Under the pieces are notes generated by a model. The model was not told the DNA's origin and ran no database searches. It saw only the letters and a list, made by a program, of their open reading frames with translations. A DNA stretch of 64,000 nt from the IMG/VR virus record IMGVR_UViG_3300027759_003166. The stretch is one strand, 5' to 3'. The position numbers and the translations under genes are program-made. Below, piece after piece: positions 28,040 through 37,229 of the stretch. The stretch is from a virus. Taxonomy: Duplodnaviria > Caudoviricetes. Within the stretch, counting starts at the first letter, position 1. The number at the start of each line of letters is the position of its first letter.

Positions 28040-28788
28040 AGCCGTTGTTCATAATGTACTTCTGCCCATTTAAAATTGTTCCAGGGAGAGTTTATTGCCA
28101 TTGAAGTTTTTTCACGTATATCGTGAAAGAACAATTTAGCATCAGTTTGTACGCTATCAACTAAACAATGGAAACTACTAGGTACGCAATGTATTTCTTC
28201 AGCACATTGAATTAATTTAGTAAACTGCATCATATCATCAGTAATGCCTTCCTTAATTTCAATAATTTTTATATCTTCTCTTAATCCTTGATGCTTTCTA
28301 AATTCATTAATGTTTATAGGAATACCTTCTGGGTTATCTCCTGTATACCTATGCACTAAAATATAAGGCTGGCCGTTGCTAAGAGATTGATATAGTTCTT
28401 CTGATCCTGCTATGTATTTAGGTAATCTAAAATTTGAATATCTTAATTCAAAGGATAATTCATAGTTTGAATAATGTTGTATATCCCACATAGGGATAAT
28501 CTGATAACTTCTTATATTACTTTGTACAAGAGGTATTGCTAGTAATCTAGAAAGTCCATGCGCTTTGGCATATTGAGCATGATGCTCTTCTATAGGTTCT
28601 AGTGCAACTACTTTTATGTTAGGATGATCTTGATACAATGTTTTTGTAGTTTTGTAGAAACTTGGTCGTGCAGGGAGATGTAATTCCTGGCATCTATCAG
28701 CATAATGATTTATCATACCGCTTTGTACAAAGCTATCACCTAATCCAACTGATCCTAGAAAAAATAATCTATCAAATATCTTTATCAT
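28036..28788 (-). CDS. Hypothetical protein, possibly GT-B-like
   Basis: GLGDSF N-terminus and AEEIHCVPSSF, similar in layout to viral glycosyltransferase-like proteins. Confidence 0.4.
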   Translation of the reverse strand: MIKIFDRLFFLGSVGLGDSFVQSGMINHYADRCQELHLPARPSFYKTTKTLYQDHPNIKVVALEPIEEHHAQYAKAHGLSRLLAIPLVQSNIRSYQIIPMWDIQHYSNYELSFELRYSNFRLPKYIAGSEELYQSLSNGQPYILVHRYTGDNPEGIPININEFRKHQGLREDIKIIEIKEGITDDMMQFTKLIQCAEEIHCVPSSFHCLVDSVQTDAKLFFHDIREKTSMAINSPWNNFKWAEVHYEQRL

Positions 28789-29318
28789 TAACGTTCTCTG
28801 ATATTTAATTTACGATACATATTTTGTACACCCACTGCCTGACGGATAGCATCTTCCAACGCATCGTGTTTCCCACCTGTGGGCATATCTGGATCAAAAC
28901 CAAGATCAAACAATGTTCGTGTATCACGCAATTGCCAAAAGTTCCAGGGCAACGGTTTGTTTAAAGAACGATAAATGTGTTCAAGTATAACCAAATCGAA
29001 GGTAGCACCATGGCTCCAGAAGGCGCTACAGCCCCACGCAAACTTATGAAACTGATTAATAGCATCTACTAAAGGAACACGATTGTCTGAACTAAATGCT
29101 TCTTCCATAATAGCAGGATCTTGTTTTGACCACCACTCAATGGTCAGGGGATCTACTTCTCTATTTAGAGCATCTTGGTCATCGATGTTGATACGGAAAT
29201 AGATCTTATCTGAATAACCTGTTCCATATGGATTGAAGTGTACTGCTCCTAATGTAAGGACAACAGCGTTTGGAGAAACTGCCATTGTTTCTAAGTCGAC
29301 CATAAGGTGCTTTGCCAT
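28788..29318 (-). CDS. DEDD 3'-5' exonuclease (Rv2179c / exonuclease VIII-like)
   Basis: MVDLET, WSHGATFD, RDTRT and HDALEDA. Confidence 0.85.
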   Translation of the reverse strand: MAKHLMVDLETMAVSPNAVVLTLGAVHFNPYGTGYSDKIYFRINIDDQDALNREVDPLTIEWWSKQDPAIMEEAFSSDNRVPLVDAINQFHKFAWGCSAFWSHGATFDLVILEHIYRSLNKPLPWNFWQLRDTRTLFDLGFDPDMPTGGKHDALEDAIRQAVGVQNMYRKLNIRER

Positions 29319-29355
29319 AATTGCTTTCTATTAAATTACTATTTTACATTAAAAA

Positions 29356-29922
29356 TTAATCTTTGTCAATAACAAGATGCTTAAAATAATCAAAGTGTTT
29401 TTCCAGTGTCCATGCTTTAGGATCAACTGTAGTTCCATCATGTGTTTCAAAATTAGCCTTAAACACATTTGAATAACGTAAAAAAGGCAACCACATATCT
29501 GGTGTATGACTAGACCATCCTGCTTCTTTTAACTCATGATGTTTACTACGGCTCAAACGTACAGTAGGTGCATTGAGTGCCTGATCTGTAGTAATTACTC
29601 CTGCCAACAATAAATCTCTAATACGAGAGGCAGGAATAAGATGTTCAAAGTCGGTGTCGTCGTCAGCACCAATTTCGTGATAGTGAGCCATCATTCCATC
29701 ACGCTGTTTAATACAGTATTCATGATATCGTCGTAGATAGTAGTCAATATCATTACGAACTTCTCGCAGCCATTGTTGATCATTTTTAATTGTCTGATAT
29801 TCTATTACCAAACGATTTAAATGATCGGAGCAATGACGAGCTACTGTTTTATAAGTAGCGGCAGTGCGTTTAGTCTTACCATACACAGGCGGTGTAAAGT
29901 TTTCAAGTGCTTCTTTAAGCAT
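29356..29922 (-). CDS. Hypothetical protein with an HNH-like FEHLIP motif
   Basis: DFEHLIPAS...PTVRLSRSKH. Confidence 0.45.
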   Translation of the reverse strand: MLKEALENFTPPVYGKTKRTAATYKTVARHCSDHLNRLVIEYQTIKNDQQWLREVRNDIDYYLRRYHEYCIKQRDGMMAHYHEIGADDDTDFEHLIPASRIRDLLLAGVITTDQALNAPTVRLSRSKHHELKEAGWSSHTPDMWLPFLRYSNVFKANFETHDGTTVDPKAWTLEKHFDYFKHLVIDKD

Positions 29923-30982
29923 TTACTTCATCCACAGCTTTTTCAGGAATCAATCCTTCAGCAATATTGCCTTCGATAATACCCATTGTAGAACCAGCGC
30001 CGTGGAATGGTAAGTTCAATGTGCCGCCTGAAAATACATAGATTTCACGCAAGAAGTTACTCATTGCTTCTGGAGCACTCCAACTTGCACCTGGGCGAAC
30101 ATGTGCCCATTGCACTTTGGACTTAGAGTGAATCAATGCTGAACTCTTATAAGTTCCTTTAATAGTAGTTAAAACTTCCTTCATCCATCCTATGGGCAAC
30201 GGTGATGTTTCTGCTTTTGCTAATTTGTACAATTCCAATAGTCCAATATAAACACCTTGATCAATTTCTTCCTGCAAAGGAAATACTGATTTAATAGAAT
30301 TTAAAATTTCTAATAGAACTTTCCCTTTTTCATCAACTTCGATGCCCTTCTGTGCATACTTGAAGTGACTAAAGAAGTAGTCATTACTACCCCGCAGATT
30401 ATCGCTAGCACGGCTACCTTTGTCTTGAAGATCAATTTTAGCGGCATCAAATTGGTCTTGCATGGTTTTAGCACTAACAACCTTTTTATCTCGGCTACCA
30501 TTTTTATAACGCACCAACGCATTACGATGCAGGTCGCCGGGTGTTAATCGTTTAACACCAGTATCGTTAAGCAATTCAAATGCATAGCTGGCAAAATTAG
30601 GATCGTCGGTTTCTACTACAGCACACGGTACTTCTGTGAAACCTAGCAATCCTGCTGCAATTGTACGATGTTGTGCATCATACAAATAAGTATGTGGACG
30701 GTTAATAATACGACATGCAGATCCGGTAGAACAGATACGCGGATCCCATTTCCTCATAATATTAATAATGTGTTTATGTATCACATCACGTTGAACTTCA
30801 TAGTCAATCCAAAGATCTTCAATTTTGATCATTGCACTAACAGGAAATTTATGTGATAATGCCTGAGCACGAGCTCGCCATGCATTGAGGTCTTTTTGAG
30901 TCACACCATAGTGTGCTTTGAGTTGTTTTTCAACTTCAGAAATTACATCCGTAAGTTTACGTGTGAGTCGTTTAGCTGCCAT
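29915..30982 (-). CDS. ParB/Srx-like (DGQHR-type) domain protein
   Basis: IDYEVQRD and YDAQHR motifs, then VPCAVV. Confidence 0.55.
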   Translation of the reverse strand: MAAKRLTRKLTDVISEVEKQLKAHYGVTQKDLNAWRARAQALSHKFPVSAMIKIEDLWIDYEVQRDVIHKHIINIMRKWDPRICSTGSACRIINRPHTYLYDAQHRTIAAGLLGFTEVPCAVVETDDPNFASYAFELLNDTGVKRLTPGDLHRNALVRYKNGSRDKKVVSAKTMQDQFDAAKIDLQDKGSRASDNLRGSNDYFFSHFKYAQKGIEVDEKGKVLLEILNSIKSVFPLQEEIDQGVYIGLLELYKLAKAETSPLPIGWMKEVLTTIKGTYKSSALIHSKSKVQWAHVRPGASWSAPEAMSNFLREIYVFSGGTLNLPFHGAGSTMGIIEGNIAEGLIPEKAVDEVNA

Positions 30983-31056
30983 TTTAAGTTTCCTTTTTAC
31001 CGGACACAATGCCGGATTGGTTAAAAATATAACTCAACTATTTAAGTTATGTATAT

Positions 31057-31085
31057 ATTATAGCAAGGTTTTACCTCTATGTCAA
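31057..31085 (-). promoter_or_regulatory. Consensus sigma70 promoter with GGTAAAACC in the spacer
   Basis: TTGACA-tagaGGTAAAACCttgc-TATAAT. Confidence 0.85.
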
Positions 31086-31088
31086 CCT

Positions 31089-31322
31089 TTAATACATCTT
31101 TTTGGGTAATTGCTGGTCACGTAGCTTTTTACGCCAGCGGGCTTTGGCTGCACCTTTGGCTCTTTTTCGGACAGTTGTAGGTTTTTCGTAGAATTCTTTG
31201 GCTCGATAGTCGTCCAAAAGTCCAGAATCTTCCACCTTTTGTTTTAGTTTTCTTAATGCTACGGCTATGGGTAGATCGCCAACAATAACTTTATTTCCGA
31301 ATACTCTATTTGGTTTGCTCAT
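31089..31322 (-). CDS. rpsU: 30S ribosomal protein S21
   Basis: [15 protein letters not shown]...[15 protein letters not shown]. Confidence 0.9.
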   Translation of the reverse strand: MSKPNRVFGNKVIVGDLPIAVALRKLKQKVEDSGLLDDYRAKEFYEKPTTVRKRAKGAAKARWRKKLRDQQLPKKMY

Positions 31323-32538
31323 TTTTATTCTTATCAAAAATCATAATGGCCGACTCGCCATTCACAGTATTCTTACTTATCCGAATTAATGATAAACCGC
31401 GTTCTACAAGTTCAACAGCGTCAAATTGATAGGGCAATAATATCTTTTCAATGATATTTTTCAATCCACGAGCATTAGTTTTAAGTTCTTTAGCCTTGGC
31501 AGCAATTTCCTTTAGTGCATCTTTCTCAAATTCTAATTTAATACTGTCTAATTTAAACATATATTGATATTGTTTAACTGGACTGTTCTTTGTTTCTAAT
31601 AAAATTTCTACAAGTTGTTCTTCTGTAAGTTCATCTACATTAATAATAAGTCCAAAGCGTCCAACAAATTCAGGTATCAACCCATATTTAATTAAGTCTT
31701 TAGTATTCAAATCTTTATAAACAGCATTGCTATCTTCCTTGGTGTCTACATTAGCATGAAATCCCACTGATCTGGCATCTGTACGTTGTTTAATAATTTT
31801 ATCAATGCCCACAAATGCACCGCCACAAATAAACAATATACCGCGTGTATCAATCTCCTGCATTTCACCACCAGGATGTTTACGTTTACTAGTAGCAGGT
31901 ATACGCATAATGCTACCTTCAATCATTTTTAACAATGCTTGCTGTACACCTTCGCCGCTAACATCTCTGGTAATACTAGTGCTTTCACCTTTCTTGGCAA
32001 TTTTATCAATTTCATCAATGTAAACAATACCACGAGAGGCTTTTTCAAGATCTCCATCTGCTTCACTGATTAAACGTGTAAGAATACTTTCTACATCATC
32101 ACCAACATATCCCGCTTCAGTGATACCAGTAGCATCACAAATAGCAAAGGGAAGATCTAAGTAATCGGCGATCTTACGTGCCATCATAGTTTTGCCACAT
32201 CCTGTAGGACCTAGCATAAGCACATTAGTCTTTTCAATCTCTATATCGGGACTAGGATTGTTAATACGTTTGAAGTGTTGACTAACTGCTACACTAAGAG
32301 CAATCTTAGCATCTTCTTGTCCTATTACATAGTCGTCAAGATAATCTTTAATCTTAACAGGATTTAATAGTTTGGCCTGTTCGGTTGGCGCTTTGATTTT
32401 TTCATCAACTAAAATGTCATTGCAGAGATTAACACAGTCATTGCATATGGCTGCGTGTTCACCTACAATTAATTTTTCAACATCTTCTTTACTTTTTCCG
32501 CAAAAGTCACAGGAGTGATGATCTTTAAGTTTTGTCAT
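31306..32538 (-). CDS. clpX: ATP-dependent Clp protease ATPase ClpX
   Basis: Zn finger CDFC...[35 protein letters not shown] loop and VGF loop. Confidence 0.95.
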   Translation of the reverse strand: MTKLKDHHSCDFCGKSKEDVEKLIVGEHAAICNDCVNLCNDILVDEKIKAPTEQAKLLNPVKIKDYLDDYVIGQEDAKIALSVAVSQHFKRINNPSPDIEIEKTNVLMLGPTGCGKTMMARKIADYLDLPFAICDATGITEAGYVGDDVESILTRLISEADGDLEKASRGIVYIDEIDKIAKKGESTSITRDVSGEGVQQALLKMIEGSIMRIPATSKRKHPGGEMQEIDTRGILFICGGAFVGIDKIIKQRTDARSVGFHANVDTKEDSNAVYKDLNTKDLIKYGLIPEFVGRFGLIINVDELTEEQLVEILLETKNSPVKQYQYMFKLDSIKLEFEKDALKEIAAKAKELKTNARGLKNIIEKILLPYQFDAVELVERGLSLIRISKNTVNGESAIMIFDKNKNEQTK

Positions 32539-32920
32539 TAAATGCTTTCTCTAAGAATGTTTCTATGTTAGTAATTCTATTTTGATTAATGTAATGGCAT
32601 ATTGCCGATACATTTTCATCTGTGGTTTTGTAGTAAGTATTTTTCTTACCTAATATATAACCATTCAAAACAGAGCTAACGTTATTTAACTCATCCAAGT
32701 TAATATACTTATATTCGGCAACAGCCATGGCATGAAAAAACCATGTTAGTTCAGTCTCCCCGGAATAGAAATATATGTTAATATTTTCTTTAATATCAGC
32801 AGTGGCTAACCAACGACTAACAGCCTCTTGGTCTTCCTCACTTAGATGTATGAATAGAATACTATAGGATTCATTTTCAAAAACATCCGGGGGCGTGATA
32901 AGCGTAATCTTACCTTCCAT
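32525..32920 (-). CDS. Hypothetical protein
   Basis: 131 aa ORF coupled to both neighbours. Confidence 0.6.
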   Translation of the reverse strand: MEGKITLITPPDVFENESYSILFIHLSEEDQEAVSRWLATADIKENINIYFYSGETELTWFFHAMAVAEYKYINLDELNNVSSVLNGYILGKKNTYYKTTDENVSAICHYINQNRITNIETFLEKAFNDKT

Positions 32921-34167
32921 TATACTCGTGCTCTGACTTCATCAGCAATATCAACTGGAACGTGATGCATACTAACTTCTTTATTTTTTACACGATTTAC
33001 CCATTGATTTATAATCAATTCACGTTTACGTTCTTCGCTAACTTCGGCATATTCGGTTTGTGTAATTGTATTAGACCAAACACTACTTTCTTTCTGTTCT
33101 TCATTTTGAACATATCCGTCTGTTACTGTTTCAGTTAATGATACATCGTTAGGCTCAATTACCTGTGTTATACCACATTCTGTATTAGGACAATGTAATC
33201 CAATGTTAGGAGCATCTACTAATTCAGTACCACACTTGCTACAATTAATAGGTTCAAATTCTGTACCTTCAGTAACCTTTACAGCTGGCATAGGAACATA
33301 AGGCACTGGTTCTTCTTTAACTTCTGTCTTGGGCATTCTAAGCCCAACAATGGTGCCATTGCTATCTTTAAGTACACCCGGTTTGCCTTCGCGTTCTCTG
33401 AAATCTTGAAAACTCATTTGGCTGGCCAACAATAGAATAACTGCTAACGGATCAAATACAACAATCAATGTAATGATAACCCAGGTAACTGCTTTCTCTA
33501 AAATAGTTTCATCAGTGCTGCCATAAAAGAAAGCGGCTATATATTTTATCGGTCCAACCTCTGCCTCCACTTTTCTAACCTCGGCGGCAATAGGCGCACG
33601 TTCATTGTTAAGTTCCGCGATAGACTTCTGCGACTGTAGTATTTCATTTTGAAGGCGAGTACGTTCTTTCTGCTGGGACTTTCGCATAGCCACAGCTTTT
33701 TCGGCACCCGTTTCTGTTGTTGAGCGGCCCAATACTTGGTCCACTCCCTCATCCATTTGTTTAAGTGCCTTGCGGTTTGCTTCAATATTCTCTTTTTCGG
33801 TTTTAATTTTTTCATCATATATTGCAATTTTACTTGTAACATCCCCACTGACTAGATTTTGATCACTATGTGCTTTACTAAGGAATCCAAAGATACCCAT
33901 ACTAGTGATAATCATTAATACTACAATAGCTGTAAAGAGATATGTTTTGATCAGTAGTGGAGCAGTCTTCCAATTTTGTTTAAGCCATACTGTGGCCACC
34001 AACTTACTAACCTCTAAGGTAGTTCCCATAATAATAATAGGAACAACGGCGGCGGCGAAAATAGCTGTAAGTCCTACCACGCTATAGTAGACTGCCACTG
34101 CTGAAATACTTAGACCACTTAGTAGTGCGAGATATGCTATAAATTTTTCGTTAAGTGTTGGTTTCAT
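32920..34167 (-). CDS. Membrane-anchored coiled-coil protein
   Basis: Three N-terminal TM segments, a long coiled coil, VFDPLAV TM and a CSKC...CPNTEC motif. Confidence 0.7.
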   Translation of the reverse strand: MKPTLNEKFIAYLALLSGLSISAVAVYYSVVGLTAIFAAAVVPIIIMGTTLEVSKLVATVWLKQNWKTAPLLIKTYLFTAIVVLMIITSMGIFGFLSKAHSDQNLVSGDVTSKIAIYDEKIKTEKENIEANRKALKQMDEGVDQVLGRSTTETGAEKAVAMRKSQQKERTRLQNEILQSQKSIAELNNERAPIAAEVRKVEAEVGPIKYIAAFFYGSTDETILEKAVTWVIITLIVVFDPLAVILLLASQMSFQDFREREGKPGVLKDSNGTIVGLRMPKTEVKEEPVPYVPMPAVKVTEGTEFEPINCSKCGTELVDAPNIGLHCPNTECGITQVIEPNDVSLTETVTDGYVQNEEQKESSVWSNTITQTEYAEVSEERKRELIINQWVNRVKNKEVSMHHVPVDIADEVRARV

Positions 34168-34175
34168 AAGAATAT

Positions 34176-34568
34176 TTACCGTCGCATCCTTGAAATGTCA
34201 ATGGCCTCTTCGTCACTAAACACCGGAACAGCATTGCTCTTATGCATAGTAGCAATACCTTTAACCTTGGTACCAGTATATACCTTAGCTGGTGCCAATG
34301 TAGCAACACCTAGTCCACTATTAAGACTAGGGATATGTTTGGTGTTAGTACGACCCACTGGTGTCTCAAGTTTATATACGAGAGGTTCAGCCGCCATGGC
34401 ACGCCGACGTTTGCGTTCCTCTTGTTCTACACCTTGACGTTTGAGAAGGTCTTTCCATCCAGCATCTAACTCACGTGCTCGTTGAGCTTCAGCAGCATTA
34501 CGGAATTTAAACTTGCCCTTCTTCTTTCCAGTCGTGGTCAAGGCAGGGCCACATAGGTGCATAGACAT
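34176..34568 (-). CDS. Conserved basic phage protein
   Basis: C-terminus YTGTKVKGIATMHKSNAVPVF, a motif recurrent in T4-like phages. Confidence 0.65.
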   Translation of the reverse strand: MSMHLCGPALTTTGKKKGKFKFRNAAEAQRARELDAGWKDLLKRQGVEQEERKRRRAMAAEPLVYKLETPVGRTNTKHIPSLNSGLGVATLAPAKVYTGTKVKGIATMHKSNAVPVFSDEEAIDISRMRR

Positions 34569-34882
34569 TATGCTACTTCTTTAGTAGTTAACGTTTGTAA
34601 TGATCGTTGTTCAACAGCACGCCAGTTTTCTTTAGTAAGACCAGTGAATCGAAGAATAGTACCATTGGTTGCAATCTTGAAACTACCAGCGACAACCCAG
34701 ATCTGAAAACCAGTAGAATCAACTCCTGCAAGTTTTCGAACCACGCCGTTGACTTCACCAGACGCTGTATCACGTCCACGATTCCAATGATAGGTACTTT
34801 TATTACCTTTCCATCTTTGAGAATCACCAGAAGATTCTGTACAAAATTGGGCCAGTGATTGCATAGTAAGTTCTGAGGACAT
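34568..34882 (-). CDS. Hypothetical protein
   Basis: AGGAG SD and its own sigma70 promoter. Confidence 0.65.
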   Translation of the reverse strand: MSSELTMQSLAQFCTESSGDSQRWKGNKSTYHWNRGRDTASGEVNGVVRKLAGVDSTGFQIWVVAGSFKIATNGTILRFTGLTKENWRAVEQRSLQTLTTKEVA

Positions 34883-34908
34883 AATAACTCCTTTGTTGAT
34901 ATGTTATT

Positions 34909-34937
34909 ATTATACGGTAATTCCACTCAAAGAGCAA
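34909..34937 (-). promoter_or_regulatory. Sigma70-type promoter
   Basis: TTGCTC-N17-TATAAT. Confidence 0.6.
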
Positions 34938-34951
34938 GTGTAGATTTTACC

Positions 34952-34976
34952 AAAAGAAAAGGCCCCGAAGGGCCTT
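34952..34976 (-). terminator. Rho-independent terminator after the porin gene
   Basis: AAGGCCC-TTCG-GGGCCTT followed by TTCTTTT. Confidence 0.85.
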
Positions 34977-34997
34977 GGTTACAATTCTAATTTTGGA

Positions 34998-35885
34998 TTA
35001 GAAATTGTATTCTAGACCAGCACCATAACGTGTGGTATCTGTAGCGGAGCTCTCTTTAACATAGCGAGCAAGTACTTTGGTGTTTTTGCCCAAAGCATAA
35101 TTTGCACCTAAGTTATAAGACTTAAGAGGACCATTCTCACCATAGCTTGCCATAGCAACTAAAGTTGGAGTTACTGTTTGGTTTAGACCAACACTCTTAC
35201 CTTGGTTTGCTACATTGGCTACTTTGCTATCGGAATATAATCCAAATACAGTTGTACCAGTTTTGGCAAGACTAAACTTAGCACCATAAACATCAGTTGT
35301 GCTAGTTACGCCGTTGTCAAAACGAGCCCAGGTAGCAGCAACAGGTCCAGTGGAATAAACCAAACTAGCAGTGTATGGATTTGGAGTACCAGCTATTTCA
35401 CTGTTAGATAGTTCATACTTACCAACCAGTCCCTGAACAAGTGTAGCAGATACAAATACTGTATTGCTCAAACGTGCTCCTTGATAGGAGTGAATAGCTG
35501 CGGCGCTGGAACCATACAAATCTCCACCCATGGCATCAAAGCCGTCAATGGATTTAGTTAGAGCGGTTTTGTCACGGCCAAGCCCAATTGATCCTGTCTT
35601 GTTTGATAGGCCAACAAGTGCTGCGCGATCTCCAAGTGTGCTAGCTGCTGGAGCATCTACACCTACATTGGTTTCAACTGTAACGAATGCAGTTAAACCA
35701 TTGCCAATGTTGTCAGAGGCTTTGATACCAATCCGGCTTTTGTCATTGACCATAGATGTTACAGATGCTGCTGTGCCAACAGTAGATGATTCTTCATAGA
35801 CACGAGCCATTCCATAAACGGAGACATCGGCCTGGGCGAATCCCATTAGGCCGATTGATAATGCAAATATTGCAAGTTTTTTCAT
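34998..35885 (-). CDS. Gram-negative trimeric porin (betaproteobacterial Omp32/OmpC-like)
   Basis: Signal peptide, VSVYG, SRIG...GNGLTA and terminal GLEYNF (C-terminal Phe Bam signal). Confidence 0.88.
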   Translation of the reverse strand: MKKLAIFALSIGLMGFAQADVSVYGMARVYEESSTVGTAASVTSMVNDKSRIGIKASDNIGNGLTAFVTVETNVGVDAPAASTLGDRAALVGLSNKTGSIGLGRDKTALTKSIDGFDAMGGDLYGSSAAAIHSYQGARLSNTVFVSATLVQGLVGKYELSNSEIAGTPNPYTASLVYSTGPVAATWARFDNGVTSTTDVYGAKFSLAKTGTTVFGLYSDSKVANVANQGKSVGLNQTVTPTLVAMASYGENGPLKSYNLGANYALGKNTKVLARYVKESSATDTTRYGAGLEYNF

Positions 35886-35928
35886 ATTAAATTTCCTTTA
35901 GTTTTGTATAGTCTAGAAGACATACTAT

Positions 35929-35957
35929 ATTATGTATCTCTTTGAGACAAAGGTCAA
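35929..35957 (-). promoter_or_regulatory. Sigma70-type promoter of the porin gene with an imperfect palindrome in the spacer
   Basis: TTGACC-N17-CATAAT; the spacer holds TGTCTC-AAA-GAGATA. Confidence 0.55.
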
Positions 35958-35974
35958 GAAAAAAGGCTATCAAA

Positions 35975-36241
35975 TTAGCCTTTTTCCTCAGTTTGTACCT
36001 CACGATACCGATGTATGGCCTTTAAACGAGCCAATGCCAAACGTACAGTAATGTAGTCTGATAACTCATCTTCACCAATGTGATGACATTTATCATCACA
36101 TGGTATTAGACTTGGACGACGATATGCAACATGAAAATCAATGTCATCATATCCATCATCGTCGCCGTCGTCTATTTCAGATGGATTACTTCTTTGCAGG
36201 CTCAGTAGTTTTTGCTGCGTCCTTGGTAGCAGGCGCTTCAC
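35975..36241 (-). CDS. Possible acidic hypothetical protein (start uncertain)
   Basis: Fills the gap between genes, but the start overlaps the upstream ORF. Confidence 0.35.
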   Translation of the reverse strand: MKRLLPRTQQKLLSLQRSNPSEIDDGDDDGYDDIDFHVAYRRPSLIPCDDKCHHIGEDELSDYITVRLALARLKAIHRYREVQTEEKG

Positions 36242-36428
36242 TTTTGACAGGCGTAGCTTCTGCTTTCTTTTCTACTTTCTTCTCATCCTTCTTTGCAGGT
36301 GCTGCTGGAGTAGCAGGAGCAGTTGCGGCCACAGCTGGTGTAGCAGGTGCTGCTGGAGTCTTAGCAGGCTCAGTAGCAAAAGCAGATACGGCAACAAGGC
36401 CAGCAATTAGAGTTAAGATTGATTTCAT
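36186..36428 (-). CDS. Secreted Pro/Ala/Lys-rich small protein
   Basis: Signal peptide followed by PAAPATPA and KKDEKK low-complexity sequence; GGAAA SD. Confidence 0.7.
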   Translation of the reverse strand: MKSILTLIAGLVAVSAFATEPAKTPAAPATPAVAATAPATPAAPAKKDEKKVEKKAEATPVKSEAPATKDAAKTTEPAKK

Positions 36429-36519
36429 GATAAGTTTCCTTTTGGTTAATGTACAGAAATTATTTGCTGTACATATATATAACGCGGTAGCTCAAAGGAA
36501 AGTTTACAAGATTATAAAA

Positions 36520-36654
36520 TTATATTTTCAATTCTTCGTAATCGTCTTTACTTACACCACAGTCTGGACAGCAGAAGTTATCATCTAAATCTTCCCATTT
36601 ACCTTCAGTTTCTTCATCGTGGACATGGCCACATACTAAACAAACGTGTTCCAT
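36520..36654 (-). CDS. Rubredoxin (44 aa, not in the ORF track)
   Basis: MEHVCLVCGHVHDEETEGKWEDLDDNFCCPDCGVSKDDYEELKI, with CxxC...CPxC. Its ATG overlaps the rubrerythrin stop. Confidence 0.85.
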   Translation of the reverse strand: MEHVCLVCGHVHDEETEGKWEDLDDNFCCPDCGVSKDDYEELKI

Positions 36655-37103
36655 TATAGTTTCTCCAATACTTCTTGATATGCTGCTGCGTGACGTTGCT
36701 CGACTTTTTGTAATGCTGCAAAACGCTTTTCTGCTCTGGAAAGAATTACAGCAAATTCTTTAGCGTGTTGTTTGCTTTCGTCAATTTGCTCAGATATTGT
36801 TTCTAATATAGTTAATGTTCCTTCGATTATAGCATCCTTTTTAAACTCTGGATACATTACTGTATACTCATAAGTTTCTCCTTCGATGGCTTTTTCCAAA
36901 CATTCTCTAGTACTTGGTTTACCAATAAGTAATTCCAAATGACTCCAGGCGTGTAGCAATTCTTGATCTGCTGTATGTTCAAAGTGTTTAGCAACATCCT
37001 CAAACCCTTCTTCGCGGGCAATTTTGGCAAAATAACGATATTTGATATGTGCCTGGCTTTCTCCTGACAAAGCACTTTCAAGATTTTTTAATGTAACTGA
37101 CAT
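36654..37103 (-). CDS. Short-chain rubrerythrin
   Basis: NLESALSGES, ELLH, EGETYE...MYP and ESKQH di-iron ligands. Confidence 0.88.
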   Translation of the reverse strand: MSVTLKNLESALSGESQAHIKYRYFAKIAREEGFEDVAKHFEHTADQELLHAWSHLELLIGKPSTRECLEKAIEGETYEYTVMYPEFKKDAIIEGTLTILETISEQIDESKQHAKEFAVILSRAEKRFAALQKVEQRHAAAYQEVLEKL

Positions 37104-37126
37104 TGTGTGTCTCCTTGTAAAATTAT

Positions 37127-37155
37127 ATTGTACTTTTATTTAATACAGAAATCAA
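37127..37155 (-). promoter_or_regulatory. Sigma70-type promoter of rubrerythrin
   Basis: TTGATT-N17-TACAAT, then an AAGGAG SD. Confidence 0.6.
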
Positions 37156-37163
37156 CTATAAAA

Positions 37164-37201
37164 CAATATTTTTCAATTGTAATTTCCTATTATGATTATA
37201 G
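37164..37201. promoter_or_regulatory. Possible OxyR/LysR-type operator
   Basis: CAAT-N8-ATTG-N7-CTAT-N7-ATAG, upstream of the -35. Confidence 0.3.
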
Positions 37202-37204
37202 GAT

Positions 37205-37226
37205 AAAGAAACCCGCCGAAGCGGGT
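37205..37226 (-). terminator. Rho-independent terminator after tmRNA
   Basis: ACCCGC-TTCG-GCGGGT-TTCTTT; identical to 42325-42346. Confidence 0.85.
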
Positions 37227-37229
37227 CCT

